This document shows, one piece after another, positions 31,224-41,898 of a stretch of DNA of 64,000 bases (its first letter is position 1; every line of letters begins with the position of its first letter). A model generated the notes under the pieces. The model did not search any database and was not told where the DNA came from. It worked only from the letters and a program-made list of their open reading frames with translations. The position numbers and the translations under genes were made by a program. Source of the stretch: a bacterium (GTDB lineage: Bacteria; UBA8248; JACPRG01; G963555815); contig CBDHDG010000006.1 of NCBI GenBank assembly GCA_965261595.1, positions 1,344,001 through 1,408,000 on the forward strand. Reading direction: 5' to 3'.

Positions 31224-31720
31224 TGCACGATCTCCCCGCTGAACACCACCGCTACGTGATACTTCGAGCTGTCGGCCGTCTTGTACGCGTTGCCGATGGC
31301 CCGCTTGATCTCTTCCGCTTTGCGGACGATGACGTAAGGAATGCGCAGCGTCTGAAGCAGCGGCTCCATCGTGATCCCGTGCGGGATGCCGTACCACTGC
31401 TCCTCGCCCACGTCCCCCCGGTAGCTCATCAACATCACGACCGGAATGCCGTGCGTCATACCGAGACGGGCCAGGGACTCGGTGGCGACGCGAAGCCCCG
31501 AGTTCTCCATGATCAGCGCCGCCCGCTTGCCGGTCAGCCACACCCCGGCCGCGATCGACGCCCCCTCCCCCTCGTTGGTCACGGGGACGTGCTCGAATTC
31601 GGGATCCCGGGAAACCTTCACGAACACCTGCTTGAGATAGGACTCCGGCAGGGTGCAGACGATGCTCACCCCCGCCTCCTTCAATCCCTCAATCACCAGG
31701 TCCGCGCAACCCTCTTTCAC
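31220..31720 (-). CDS. ComD-like decarboxylase alpha subunit (second copy)
   Basis: VTNEGEGASIAAG, MENSG, MSYRGD; GTG start assumed from the RBS. Confidence 0.85.
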   Translation of the reverse strand: MKEGCADLVIEGLKEAGVSIVCTLPESYLKQVFVKVSRDPEFEHVPVTNEGEGASIAAGVWLTGKRAALIMENSGLRVATESLARLGMTHGIPVVMLMSYRGDVGEEQWYGIPHGITMEPLLQTLRIPYVIVRKAEEIKRAIGNAYKTADSSKYHVAVVFSGEIVQ

Positions 31721-31827
31721 TTCGCACCTCGCATGGAGAATGAACCCGCCTTTCGCACGAAATTCCAACTCCCCTGGCATGGTTTAACAGGCGGGTCCGC
31801 TGGTCCGCAAACTTGGCCGTCAGGGAA

Positions 31828-32847
31828 TCATTCGACGGGCACCGGCGTCACCAGCTCGTTCGTATAATACGAATCGAGGGGCAACGGGTTCTTCAGGCCG
31901 CCGAATTCCTTCAGGATGTCGATCGTTTGCTTCCAGTCCTCTCTCGCCATCCAGCCCAAGGGTTTTGATTTCGTGTTCTCGGTGTGCAAGAGGGTCATGG
32001 CGTTGCCCAGGACCTCCAGGGCGACCTTGCGATTCTTCACGGTCAAAGGCGCCGCCTTCTTCAAGGCGGATATGGCCGCTTCCGGATTCCCGATGCTTGC
32101 CAGAACGCTCCGGCTGATCCCCCGGAGAAGACGGCGGACGGTGTCGGGCTTTTCCTTCCGGAACGAATCATTCACGGCGATTCCCTGCGAGAGGACGTTC
32201 ACGCCGTAATCCGAGTATTTGAAGAAACCGATCTTGGCCCCTTTCGAGCGGAGGATAGGAACGGAATCCGAGAAATAGGCCGCCGCGAAATGGGCGTCCC
32301 GATTGAGCAACGCGGTCATCCGGGCGGCCCCCGTGACCGTCACTATTTGCACCTTGCTCGTGTCCACCCCATTGAGCTTGGCAAAGGCCGGCCAAATCGA
32401 TTCGATGGCGCTTCCCGGAACAAACGCAAACTTCTTCCCTTCCAGGCCCTTGGGCGTGTTTATCCCCAAGTCCGCATGGTAGATGATGGACATCGGGCTG
32501 GATTGGAAATAGCAATAAACGGCCGTGACCGGCGTGTCCTTCGAGATGAACCTGGCCGCCGTGGCCAGATCGACAAAGGCGACCAAAACCTTCTTGGTGG
32601 AAAGGAACTGAAGGTTCTTCACCGAGCCGCGCCCATCCTGTAATTCCAGGTCGAGCCCTTCCGACTTGAAGATTCCCTTTTCAATCCCGAGGATGACCGG
32701 GGACACGTTGGGGGTGTAGAGCCAACTCCACTTCAAGGTCACGCTCTCGTTTTTCTGACCCCAACCCGATTGCGGACAAACGAGCAGCAAGATGACCGCC
32801 GAAAGGATCGCCCACCTGGAAAAACCCTTCACACGATGATGATTCAT
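31828..32847 (-). CDS. NMT1/THI5-like ABC substrate-binding protein
   Basis: Signal peptide, KGIFKSEGLD, TPKGLEGKK, YYTNEL. Confidence 0.9.
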   Translation of the reverse strand: MNHHRVKGFSRWAILSAVILLLVCPQSGWGQKNESVTLKWSWLYTPNVSPVILGIEKGIFKSEGLDLELQDGRGSVKNLQFLSTKKVLVAFVDLATAARFISKDTPVTAVYCYFQSSPMSIIYHADLGINTPKGLEGKKFAFVPGSAIESIWPAFAKLNGVDTSKVQIVTVTGAARMTALLNRDAHFAAAYFSDSVPILRSKGAKIGFFKYSDYGVNVLSQGIAVNDSFRKEKPDTVRRLLRGISRSVLASIGNPEAAISALKKAAPLTVKNRKVALEVLGNAMTLLHTENTKSKPLGWMAREDWKQTIDILKEFGGLKNPLPLDSYYTNELVTPVPVE

Positions 32848-33001
32848 GATTTTCCCTCCTTGCTCACGGATAGTCCTCCCTCCAACGCGGAGTGAAGGCA
32901 TGAATCCCAATGGAGCCACCGGACCTTCTCCGATGACCGGTGTGCCACTCCTCTACGCGAAACTCCTGCGTCGCAGGATCGAAACGACCTTTGCGGCCCA
33001 C

Positions 33002-34054
33002 TCAAGACCTTGGGCCATCAATGTCAACCCCGAGCTCCCGCATGAATCGCCTGTAGGCCACGGCGACGGCATCCGGTCCCCGGACGTGGAGCTCCTCGGT
33101 CAGGTCCAACGGCAGCTCCTCGGGCCGCTGGTTCTCGACAATCGGCCTGTCCTGATCGGCGATCAGGTCCATGATTTGGATGCTCCGGGGGATCTCGCCG
33201 TCAATCGCCCCGTCGCGCGACTTGACCGCTTCGTCCTTCACCGTGATCGGGCCGTGGACGATCTCCGGCTCATCGAAGCTGAAGTTCTGCGCCACGATCA
33301 AGAACCGCGTGGTTTCCCTCGCCGAGTGAGGCGTGCACGCGAAGAAAAAGACCCGGGTCCTGTCCTCCGACATCTTCATCCATTGGAGAATGGAGAAAGG
33401 ACGGGTCAGGCGGTAACTGCGGCGATACGGGTCCAGATGAGCGTCATCGATTTCAAATTTTGCCTCGAACCAGAGCTTCTCGTCTTCCCGCCTCACGTCG
33501 ACCTTTGGCGCCAAGGGCCTATCGCGCTCACCCAGAATCCCTTCGTGGATCCATGGAAAATGAGCGAAATCCACAAAGTTTTCGATGGACCTGGCGGCCG
33601 TGCACTGCCACGGCTTTCTCTGGCGGAAATAGATGCGGTAGCTCGGGTCTTCGAGCTCGGGAACGTCGGGGATGGGCGCTCGGGGCTTTTCAGCCAGGCA
33701 GACCCAGATGATCCCGTATCGCTCCGCGGCGGGGTAATGGGTCAGGCAGGCCTTCTTCGGGATGGGATGCTCGGGGGGAATGGACGGGATGCGGATGCAC
33801 TTTCCGTCCGCATCGTAAGCCCAGCCATGATAGGCGCAGACAATCGTCTCACCTTCCACCCACCCCAGGGAGATGGGCGTCCCGCGATGGACGCAAAGGT
33901 CATGGAACGCCCGGACTTCACCGCTTCCAAGCCGGCAGACGACCACGCGCTCGTCCAAGAGCCGGACAGCCAGCGGCCCCTCGTCCACGTCTTCGGAAAG
34001 AGCCACGGGATGCCAATACTCAGCCAAAGATGGCCATAAGGCGCTTTCCCGCAA
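33002..34054 (-). CDS. Rieske non-heme iron oxygenase alpha subunit (VanA/demethylase-like)
   Basis: CVHRG...CAYHGW Rieske motif; ENFVDFAHFPWIH; QDRPIVENQ. Confidence 0.9.
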   Translation of the reverse strand: MRESALWPSLAEYWHPVALSEDVDEGPLAVRLLDERVVVCRLGSGEVRAFHDLCVHRGTPISLGWVEGETIVCAYHGWAYDADGKCIRIPSIPPEHPIPKKACLTHYPAAERYGIIWVCLAEKPRAPIPDVPELEDPSYRIYFRQRKPWQCTAARSIENFVDFAHFPWIHEGILGERDRPLAPKVDVRREDEKLWFEAKFEIDDAHLDPYRRSYRLTRPFSILQWMKMSEDRTRVFFFACTPHSARETTRFLIVAQNFSFDEPEIVHGPITVKDEAVKSRDGAIDGEIPRSIQIMDLIADQDRPIVENQRPEELPLDLTEELHVRGPDAVAVAYRRFMRELGVDIDGPRS

Positions 34055-34664
34055 AATCCCGCCCCCAAGTTACGATTGAGGCCGCTGAACAGGACAGTGA
34101 TTGATGATAACAGGCCTTGTGTAGGGATTCAATACATATCACACATAAAGGTTGACTGTATGGCATCCATGGATTGACACATTCAATTCCCGGACTCCTG
34201 GGGGGGAGGGGGGGGGCGGGTACTGAGCCCCACCCTTACATTGGTGTGATCGTGAGGGCTTTGGCGAGTATGGGCCGGGCGCGAGTCGGTTGACTCCCGC
34301 ACCGGCCCCCTGTTGCCGGCGCAAGAGCCGTGAGCGGGTTACACGGCCCCACAGATCCTTTGTGAGAAATTCAGGCTGGCACGCGGCGCCTTCCGGTCGA
34401 TGATCGCGAGCGTCCGCGACGCGGCCGGCACCTATCCAACAACCCCGCGCGGAGTCCGCACAAGGGCGAAATCACGAAGACTCCACACCTGCCGGGAAAG
34501 CTCACTGACCGACAGGGGTGGCATGGCCTTACAATGGCGGATACCGCCCAGGCCAGACTTTCCGGCGCCCGAGCTCCTGTTGACAGGTCCGGTGGAGATG
34601 AGTCTAATCGGGCCAAACAGCGCCGAAGCGGCCGGTGCGGATCTGTCCGGATTTGAAGGGGTTG

Positions 34665-37019
34665 ATGATGCGGTGCCCTTCCTGTCACCACGAAAACCGG
34701 GAACAAGCGCTATTCTGTGAGCAATGCGGCGCTCGGCTCGAAAGGTCGTGCTCCCAGTGCGGCAACGCCATCCGGCCGGGGGCGAACTTCTGTGACCGCT
34801 GCGGGGGCTCCATCGATTCTCCCGCACTCGAGGTCTCCGAAGCCTCGACGCTGCGGGAAAGAGCAGAGGCCTTCGCCGGCAGGATCCCCAACTACACCCC
34901 CATGCACCTCGTCGAAGAGGTGCTGACCACGCGCGGCGCCATCGAGGGCGAGCGCAAACAGGTGACTGTCCTGTTCGCGGACGCTTGTGGCTTCACGGGG
35001 ATCTCGGAGGGCCTGGACCCCGAAGTGGTCCACCACATCATGGACAGGTGTTTCGAGATCCTGGCGAAGGAGATCCACCGCTTCGAGGGGACGATCAACC
35101 AATTCACCGGCGACGGCGCGATGGCGCTCTTCGGCGCGCCCATCGCCCGCGAGGACGCGCCCCAGCGCGCCATCCGGGCGGCCCTGACGATTCAAGAGGA
35201 GCTGCGCGCCTTTGGGGACGAGATCCGAAGCGAGCAGGGCGTGAGCTTCCGGATGCGCATCGGCATCAACACGGGCGCCGTGGTGTTGGGCAAAATCGGC
35301 GACGACCTGAGGATGGACTACACGGCGATGGGGGACGCCACGAATCTGGCCGACCGCCTGCAAAGCATCGCCGAGCCGGGCGCGGTGCTGGTGAGCGAAC
35401 ACACCCACCACCTGACGAAGGACTTCTTCGATTTCTCTCCCCTGGGCGCGGTGCAGGTGAAAGGGAGAAACGCCCCGGTTGTCGTCTACCGGGCGCTCCA
35501 GCCCAAAGCCGTGCACTCTCGCTTGGACGCCGCCGCGAGGCGCGGGCTCACGCCTCTTGTGGCCCGGGATGCCGAGATCGAGAACCTGATGGCCGCGTTC
35601 GCCAAGGTGAAAGACGGCCACGGCCAGCTCGTTTCGCTGGTCGGCGAGGCGGGCGTCGGAAAATCCCGCCTGGCGTATGAGTTCAAAGAGCGCCTCCGCG
35701 GTGAGGACATCACCCTTTTCGAGGCCTATTGCCCCTCTTACGGCCAATCCACCCCCTACCTCCCCATGGCGCAGATCATCAAAAAATACTACTGGATCGA
35801 GGAAGGTGATGACGATACCAAGGTTCGGCAGAAAGTGACCTCCGCCTGAAGCCAATGGGTTTCGTGGGGTCACCACGAAGAGTTGGACATCACAAAAAGG
35901 CTTGAGTATGTCATCGCTTACCTCAGCAACATCATCTCTATCCGGGTGAAGGACGACCTCCTCCGGGGCGTCGGCCCGGAGGAGCGCAGGCAACACTCCT
36001 TCGACGGTCTTAAGGCAATGTTCGTCGGCGAGAGCCTGCAGAAGCCCGTCGTGGTCATCCTGGAAGACATCCACTGGATCGACCGCACCTCAGAGCAGTT
36101 CCTCCACTACTTGAGCTCGAGCGTGCCCAAGAACCGGATTATGATTTTGTCCCTCCATCGGCCGGAATACTGGCCCCCTTGGGGGAAGAGCTCCCACCAC
36201 CTGCGCATCCCCGTCGAGCCGCTCTCTCCCGCGGAGGGCGAGGAGATGCTCCAACGCGCGCTGGGGGTCGAAGGGGTGGCCCAGGAGGTGAAGGAGCTTG
36301 TGGGGAGCAAATCCGAAGGGAACCCGTTCTTCCTGGAGGAACTCATCCGGGAGCTGCTGGAGGCCCGTTGGATTCGCGTTGAAGGGGACGTTTGCCGGTT
36401 GGTCGGCCAGGGAGCGAAGGTCCACGTTCCCTCTACCGTGCAGGATGTGATCATGGCCCGCATCGACCGACTGGACGATGCTCCGAAACGGACCCTCCAA
36501 TGGGCCGCCGTCATCGGCCGCGAATTCGCCTTCGCCATCCTGGAGAGGATTGCCGAGCCGGGCTACGAACTGAGCCCGGCGCTCCAGGCCCTCCAGCAGT
36601 CCGAGTTGATCACCGAGAAGAACCTCTTCCCGGAGTTGGAATACATGTTCAAAAACGCCCTCACTCAGAGCGTGGCCTACAACAGCCTCCTGCTCGGACG
36701 ACTCCGTGAACTTCATACCCAGGTTGCCGCCGCCATCGAAGACCTCAAGCGCAACAAACTGGAAGAACACCTTGAGTTTCTGGCCTATCATTACAAGAAC
36801 GGCGACCGGACCGATAAAGCCTTCGAATTCCTGGTCCTGGCCGGTGACAAAGCGATGGAGCTAAGCTCCACGGAAGTGGCCAAAACCTACTTCACCGAGG
36901 CCCTGGCGCTCGCCCCTGACGCGCTCCCCCCGGAGGCCGCTCGATCCCGGGAGCAAGAACTGAGAGCGCGCCTTGAGGAGATCGGCGCCTCGTCTCGCAG
37001 TCATGAGATCACGGATTAG
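34665..37019 (+). pseudogene. Double Zn-ribbon + class III adenylate/guanylate cyclase + AAA ATPase protein with in-frame TGA at 35847
   Basis: CPSC/CEQC/CSQC/CDRC, ERKQVTVLFAD, FTGDG, GEAGVGKSRL, LEDIHW, GNPFFLEE; both ORFs share one frame. Confidence 0.85.
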
Positions 37020-37133
37020 CTCCACATCAACCCCACCAAGTAAAATCAACCTTTTGCAACCTCCTCGCCGCCGCCGGATGCTGGTGTCACCACATTGTCA
37101 CCAATTCCAGCCAAAAAAAACATCCTCAAGCCG

Positions 37134-37270
37134 TTACGCCGCGTCACGGTTCGTCGTCTCAAACAACCCACCGTAATCATCCATCGTGGTCCGGATGCTC
37201 GCGTGCCCCATCATTTCCTGGAGACATTTCGGGTGTCCACCCGCCTCCACCACAAGCGCCGCGTTTGCGG
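37134..37270 (-). pseudogene. Tyrosine integrase C-terminal remnant
   Basis: GGHPKCLQEMMGHASIRTTMDDYGGL. Confidence 0.65.
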
Positions 37271-37315
37271 GGGTCCGGCGTTCAAAAAGGCGAGCGCGAT
37301 TGGGTGAGCTCGGCC

Positions 37316-38638
37316 TCAATCACCCTGACCCGTTATCTCTTTCGGGTCGCGGCGAATGTTCGTATATTTCATCTCACGGACGGGATAGCCCATCCGGATC
37401 AGCGAAAGAAGCTCGTGGGTTTCGGGGACCTCCAGCGCGGCGCGGACCTCGGCGCGGACCTCTTCCACCACCATGGTGGAGGTCTGGAATTGCAGGCTCG
37501 CGCCCAGGGAGGTCGCCCGCAGCCAGATGGCTTCCAGGCATGCGCCAACCCCCGTGAGAATTCGCCTGCGGTAAAGATCGTCCGTTGAGAATCGGCCCCC
37601 GGGATCTTCCAGGACTGTCGTCAGGAAGGCTCCGGTGGTCTCGGGCGAAGCCTGAACCTTCTGAATGAATAGGCGTCCCGCCCCAAACCGGAGACCCAAG
37701 GGGGCGAGACCGGAGCTGAGTCCGAGCTTCGCAATCAATCCTTTCAGAGGGCCCAACCCGAAGTGGCGGACCAATTCGCCGTCCCGCCGCTTTTTCCATT
37801 CATCCCGGCTAAACCGCAGCCAGACGCTGATCTCGGCGAGCCGATGGCGATCCGTCATCGCTTTCCGCCAGGCCTTTTCTTGGAGGCCGGTCAACTCGAC
37901 GGTTTTCTCGTCGTCCTCGACGAGCAGCAACTCCACCTCCGCGGCACCGTGAGCCTCAAGGGCCCTGCGGCCGGCCGACAAGATCCGGACGTTATCTTCC
38001 GCCCAGGAATCTCCCCGCCCAAGCGCTTCACGGTCTACGCGACGCAACCGAACACACTCCAGTGCGTCCATGGCGGATTCGGGCTTGGGGGAGGGGCCGG
38101 CCTTTTTCGGCTGAGACTGAAAAGTATTCAGCCGGTATACGGCAGGGCGTGGATCAGCAGAGAAGTCCGCCTGCCCCCCTTGACCGATGATGAACACAAA
38201 ATAAGGATCGAGGTTCACCGCGAATGAGATCGTCCTGGGCCGCCAGGGAGGGTTTCGGGATTCAAAAGGTCCGACAACCCGGCACGCGAGGCCTTGCGCG
38301 GCGGCCGCGACCCGGACATTGAGGACGAGCGCTCCCAGCGCGATGTAAGTTTCCGTCCCCAACGGGTCCGCCACCGGGAGCATCCGATTTCGGTCCATGA
38401 GGCAGAGGATCCAGGCCGGGCCGTCGTCCGGCGCCTTTGGAATCGAGAAAGCCTCGGCAACCTCCTCCTTCCGGATGGAAGAATCCAAGACCCGAAATTG
38501 CCAGGGTTGCACGTTGTACGCGGAGGGGGCCAACCGGGCGGCCTCTAAAATTTCCTTCAACTGGCCTTCCGTCGGCGGCTCTGTCGGCGGCGCCTTCGGC
38601 TCCGCCAGCGCCCTCTCGTTGGCTTCTTCCAAGCGCAT
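37316..38638 (-). CDS. Nitroreductase-family protein with two FMN-binding-like domains
   Basis: EAARLAPSAYNVQPWQF; second domain GACLEAIWLRATSLG...IRMGYP. Confidence 0.75.
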   Translation of the reverse strand: MRLEEANERALAEPKAPPTEPPTEGQLKEILEAARLAPSAYNVQPWQFRVLDSSIRKEEVAEAFSIPKAPDDGPAWILCLMDRNRMLPVADPLGTETYIALGALVLNVRVAAAAQGLACRVVGPFESRNPPWRPRTISFAVNLDPYFVFIIGQGGQADFSADPRPAVYRLNTFQSQPKKAGPSPKPESAMDALECVRLRRVDREALGRGDSWAEDNVRILSAGRRALEAHGAAEVELLLVEDDEKTVELTGLQEKAWRKAMTDRHRLAEISVWLRFSRDEWKKRRDGELVRHFGLGPLKGLIAKLGLSSGLAPLGLRFGAGRLFIQKVQASPETTGAFLTTVLEDPGGRFSTDDLYRRRILTGVGACLEAIWLRATSLGASLQFQTSTMVVEEVRAEVRAALEVPETHELLSLIRMGYPVREMKYTNIRRDPKEITGQGD

Positions 38639-38919
38639 GGGGCGGCCCTTCCTTTTCGGCGGCGAGGATGAACTCAGTCTTCGAGAACCTGAAGGTGAAT
38701 ACGCAATAAAGCGTCGTTGCTTTACAGAACGGATGCCGAGGGCCGCTTCGCTCCCCCGACGCGGCGGCGTTGGATGATATTCGGCAGCGCGCTCTCCTTC
38801 GCCGCCGCCCAAGCAACACGCCGGAGGAATCAAAGAGCGCGATTCACGCCGCCACCAATATACACGGTTGATATGAATCCGTGTGGCGCCGGACCGCGAG
38901 ACCTGACCCCGCGCCCCTC

Positions 38920-39933
38920 TTAGTCGATCAGCTTCTTGGCCAACCAGGGAACTTTAATCTTGCCGGCCCGGATGCCTTTTTCCAATCCTCGGACTTTTTG
39001 CGCGACCTCCGGTGGAACCTTTCGATTGAACGGCGCCAACGTCGCCCCGCCATCCCGCAAGCCGAGCAGGTTCACCGGCTTGACCTTTCCCTTCTGGATG
39101 CCCAGAACGATCGGCTTCAAGGGGGCGTGCCAGCCGTAAACGACACTCGTGATGACCGTATCAGGCGCGGATTTGTTTACGTCCAGGAAGTCCCCCATGG
39201 CGTAACCCCCCCTCTCCTCCGCAGCCTTGATGGCCCCGAACAACATCGGGCTGCCCGTTCCAACAACCACATCCACGCCCTGGTCCATCATGGCGAAGGC
39301 GGCCTCCTTGCCCTTGAAGACATCCGACCAGGAACTGATAAACACGGTCACCACCTTGATATTGGGGACCACCGTACGGGCGCCCAGCTTTTAGGCGTTG
39401 TGTTCGGCATTCTGTTGGGGAATCGGGAAGCCGCCAATGCTGCCGATCTTCTTGGACTTGCTCATCAGGGCGGCCAGGGCGCCGGCCAGGTAAAACGCCT
39501 CGTGGGGCGAGGGCTCGTAGGTCACCATATTCGGGTTCCCGCCCGTCTTGAAGAAATAGGGCACGGCGAATACCGTTTTCGGGAAGCTGGAGGCCACCTT
39601 TAAGGCAGGCTCCCCAAACTCGAAACTGTGTCCGATGATGAGGTCGTATCCGGCAACCGCCCATCGCCGCAGCGTCCGCTCAATGTCGGCGTTCTTGATT
39701 CTCTCATGGAATGTGACCTCCGCCACGCCGGGGTCTTCCTTGAGCTTCATGGCCCCGTCGAACCCCCCTTGGGCCCAACCCAAGTCTTTAATGGGCCCAT
39801 TGAAGGCAATGGCGACGCGGATCTTTTTTTTCGCCTCAGCGGAGGCGGCCATCGGCGCCACCGCCAGCACCGCCGCCAACACGCAACCCAGAACGCATCT
39901 CCAGAGAATTCGCCCGATCATCGCCCTCTCCAT
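38920..39933 (-). pseudogene. BMP-family ABC substrate-binding protein with in-frame TAA at ~39391
   Basis: GPIKDLGWAQGG, GYDLIIGHSFEF, KIGSIGG; ORFs 39391-39933 and 38920-39372 share one frame. Confidence 0.85.
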
Positions 39934-40260
39934 TTCTCAGATATTCCGGACACCAGGAATTCCTCTTTCAACGCCTCATGGAGGTCCGCCCGACATCACC
40001 CGGACGACCTCATGAATGAAAACAGTTTAACAAAATTCCGCATTTAATGAAGACCCCAAAAAGCCATTTGCCGTCGAGGGGTTTCTTATAAAAACCTGAA
40101 GGCCCTTAGACCGGCGGCTCCCCCGCCCGATAATGACAATCTCCGCGAACGCTCCGGTGAATCTCCCTTCGGCGGATGCGCGAGGCGACCTGGATAACCC
40201 GACGGAAAGGACGCCGAACGACGCAACGGAACATAAGGATCAATCAATTGCCGCCCTCCT

Positions 40261-41664
40261 CCCCCGCTCTAGGGTTTTGTTGGACACTCGATTGATCCAT
40301 GATTCATGGAGAAAGGGGTGTCGCGATGAACGAACAAAAGCAAGAGGGGGCTTTGGCGGAGGGCGCCCGCAGGGCGAACGGAGCCAAGGCCCCAGGGCAT
40401 CGCAGTGAGCGGGGTCGGTTCTCCTGCCAGGCGCAAGCGGGAGGCGGTCCTGCGTCTTTTGCGGGGCGAGAGCCTGGAGACGCTCTGCCGCGAGTTGGGC
40501 ACGACAGCGGCTCGGCTTTCCGCCTGGCGCGAGGCGTTCCTTCGCGCGGGCGAGGCGGCGCTCAAAGCCCGCCCGGCGGATGAGCGGGACGAGGAGAACG
40601 CCCGGCTCAAGGCCAAGGTGGGCGAACTCACGATGGAGGGCGAGGTCCTGCGGGAGAAGATCGACCGCCTGGAGGCCGGCCGCCCTTTAGCCGGCAGGAG
40701 GTGGAGGCGATGAGTCAGGCCCGCTTCACCTCCACGGGCAGAGCCTACGGCCTGAAGCGGGTGTGCGCCCTTTGGGGCTTGGCGCGCTCCACGGTCTACG
40801 CGCAACGGCGGCGAGAGGCGGTCCCCGTTCATGAACGCCCCACGCCCAATAAGCGCGGCCCTGTGGGCCCGTGCACCGATGCGGAACTCCTCGGCCACAT
40901 CCGGCAGGTCCTGGAGGACTCTCCCTTCCATGGCGAGGGCTACCGCAAGGTGTGGGCGAGGCTGCGCTTCGCGGGCATCCGCACCAGCAAGGAGCGGGTG
41001 CGTCGCCTGATGCGGGAGGCGGGGCTTCAGGCCCCTCACCGGGTGGGCAAACCCCGAGGTCCCAAGGCCCACAACGGGACCATCCGCACCGAGCGGCCCG
41101 ACCGAATGTGGGGCACGCACATGACGACGACGGTGACCACCGAGGAGGGGATGGCCTCGGTGTTCGTGGCGGTGGATCACTGCTCGGTGGACTGCGTGGG
41201 GATCCATGCGGCCAAGAGCGGCAACCGCTTCGAGGCCCTGGAGCCGATCCGGCAGGGGGTCGCCGAGCGCTTCGCCGGCTTGGAGGCGGACGTCGCCGAG
41301 GGGCTTAAAGTTCGTCACGACCACGGCCCCGCCTATCTGTCCGATGACTTTCAGCGGGAGATCGCCTACCTGGGCATGACCAGTTCGCCCAGCTTCGTGC
41401 GGGCGCCCGAGGGAAATGGCTACTGTGAGTGGTTCATCCGCATCTTGAAGGAGAATCTCCTGTGGGTGCGCTCTTTCGCCACCGTATAGGAACTGCGGTG
41501 GGCGCTGCTTGAGTTCAAGAACCTGTACAACCATCATTGGATTCTCGAGGGCTACGGCTACCGAACGCCGGCCCAGGCAAGGCAGGAAAAACTCGCTCAA
41601 GTTGCGGAGGCCGCATGAGGTCGAATACCCTCACCCGAGTGTCCAATAACCCAGGGGCGGTCCA
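40261..41664 (+). mobile_element. IS3-family element; orfA (40326-40713) frameshifted, orfB (40710-41618) with TAG at 41487
   Basis: GYRKVWARLR, HDHGPAY, PEGNG.CEWFI; imperfect inverted ends sharing TTGGACACTCG. Confidence 0.85.
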
Positions 41665-41679
41665 ATCCCTTCCCTCCTT

Positions 41680-41709
41680 TTGACATTCCGATCCGCGTTT
41701 GAGTAGAAT
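41680..41709 (+). promoter_or_regulatory. Putative sigma70 promoter of the PLP/DUF1445/UbiD operon
   Basis: TTGACA-18 bp-TAGAAT. Confidence 0.5.
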
Positions 41710-41898
41710 GCCCGTCACAATCAGCAGTGAAAAACACGCGCGTGAATTTTCGCATCGCCTCTGATCCATTTCCCAATCCAGTCGGCTCCCGGGATTCACT
41801 GGTGACGCGGGTTCAGGGTCCTCCTTCTGAACATGGAACACGCCCATGCGCGGCTGTCCGGCCGCCCTGGAAAGGCGCCCGCCTCTGAGCAAGGCCGA

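Noticed and set aside
34140..34370. Riboswitch or ncRNA in a hairpin-rich intergenic region
   Set aside because: GC hairpins are present but no recognisable aptamer consensus; an Rfam/Infernal scan would be needed
12004..41489. Stop-codon recoding suggested by in-frame stops (TAG at ~12004, 28262, 41487; TGA at 35847; TAA at 39391)
   Set aside because: All three stop types are involved, and TAG and TGA end intact genes normally here; nonsense mutation is the simpler explanation
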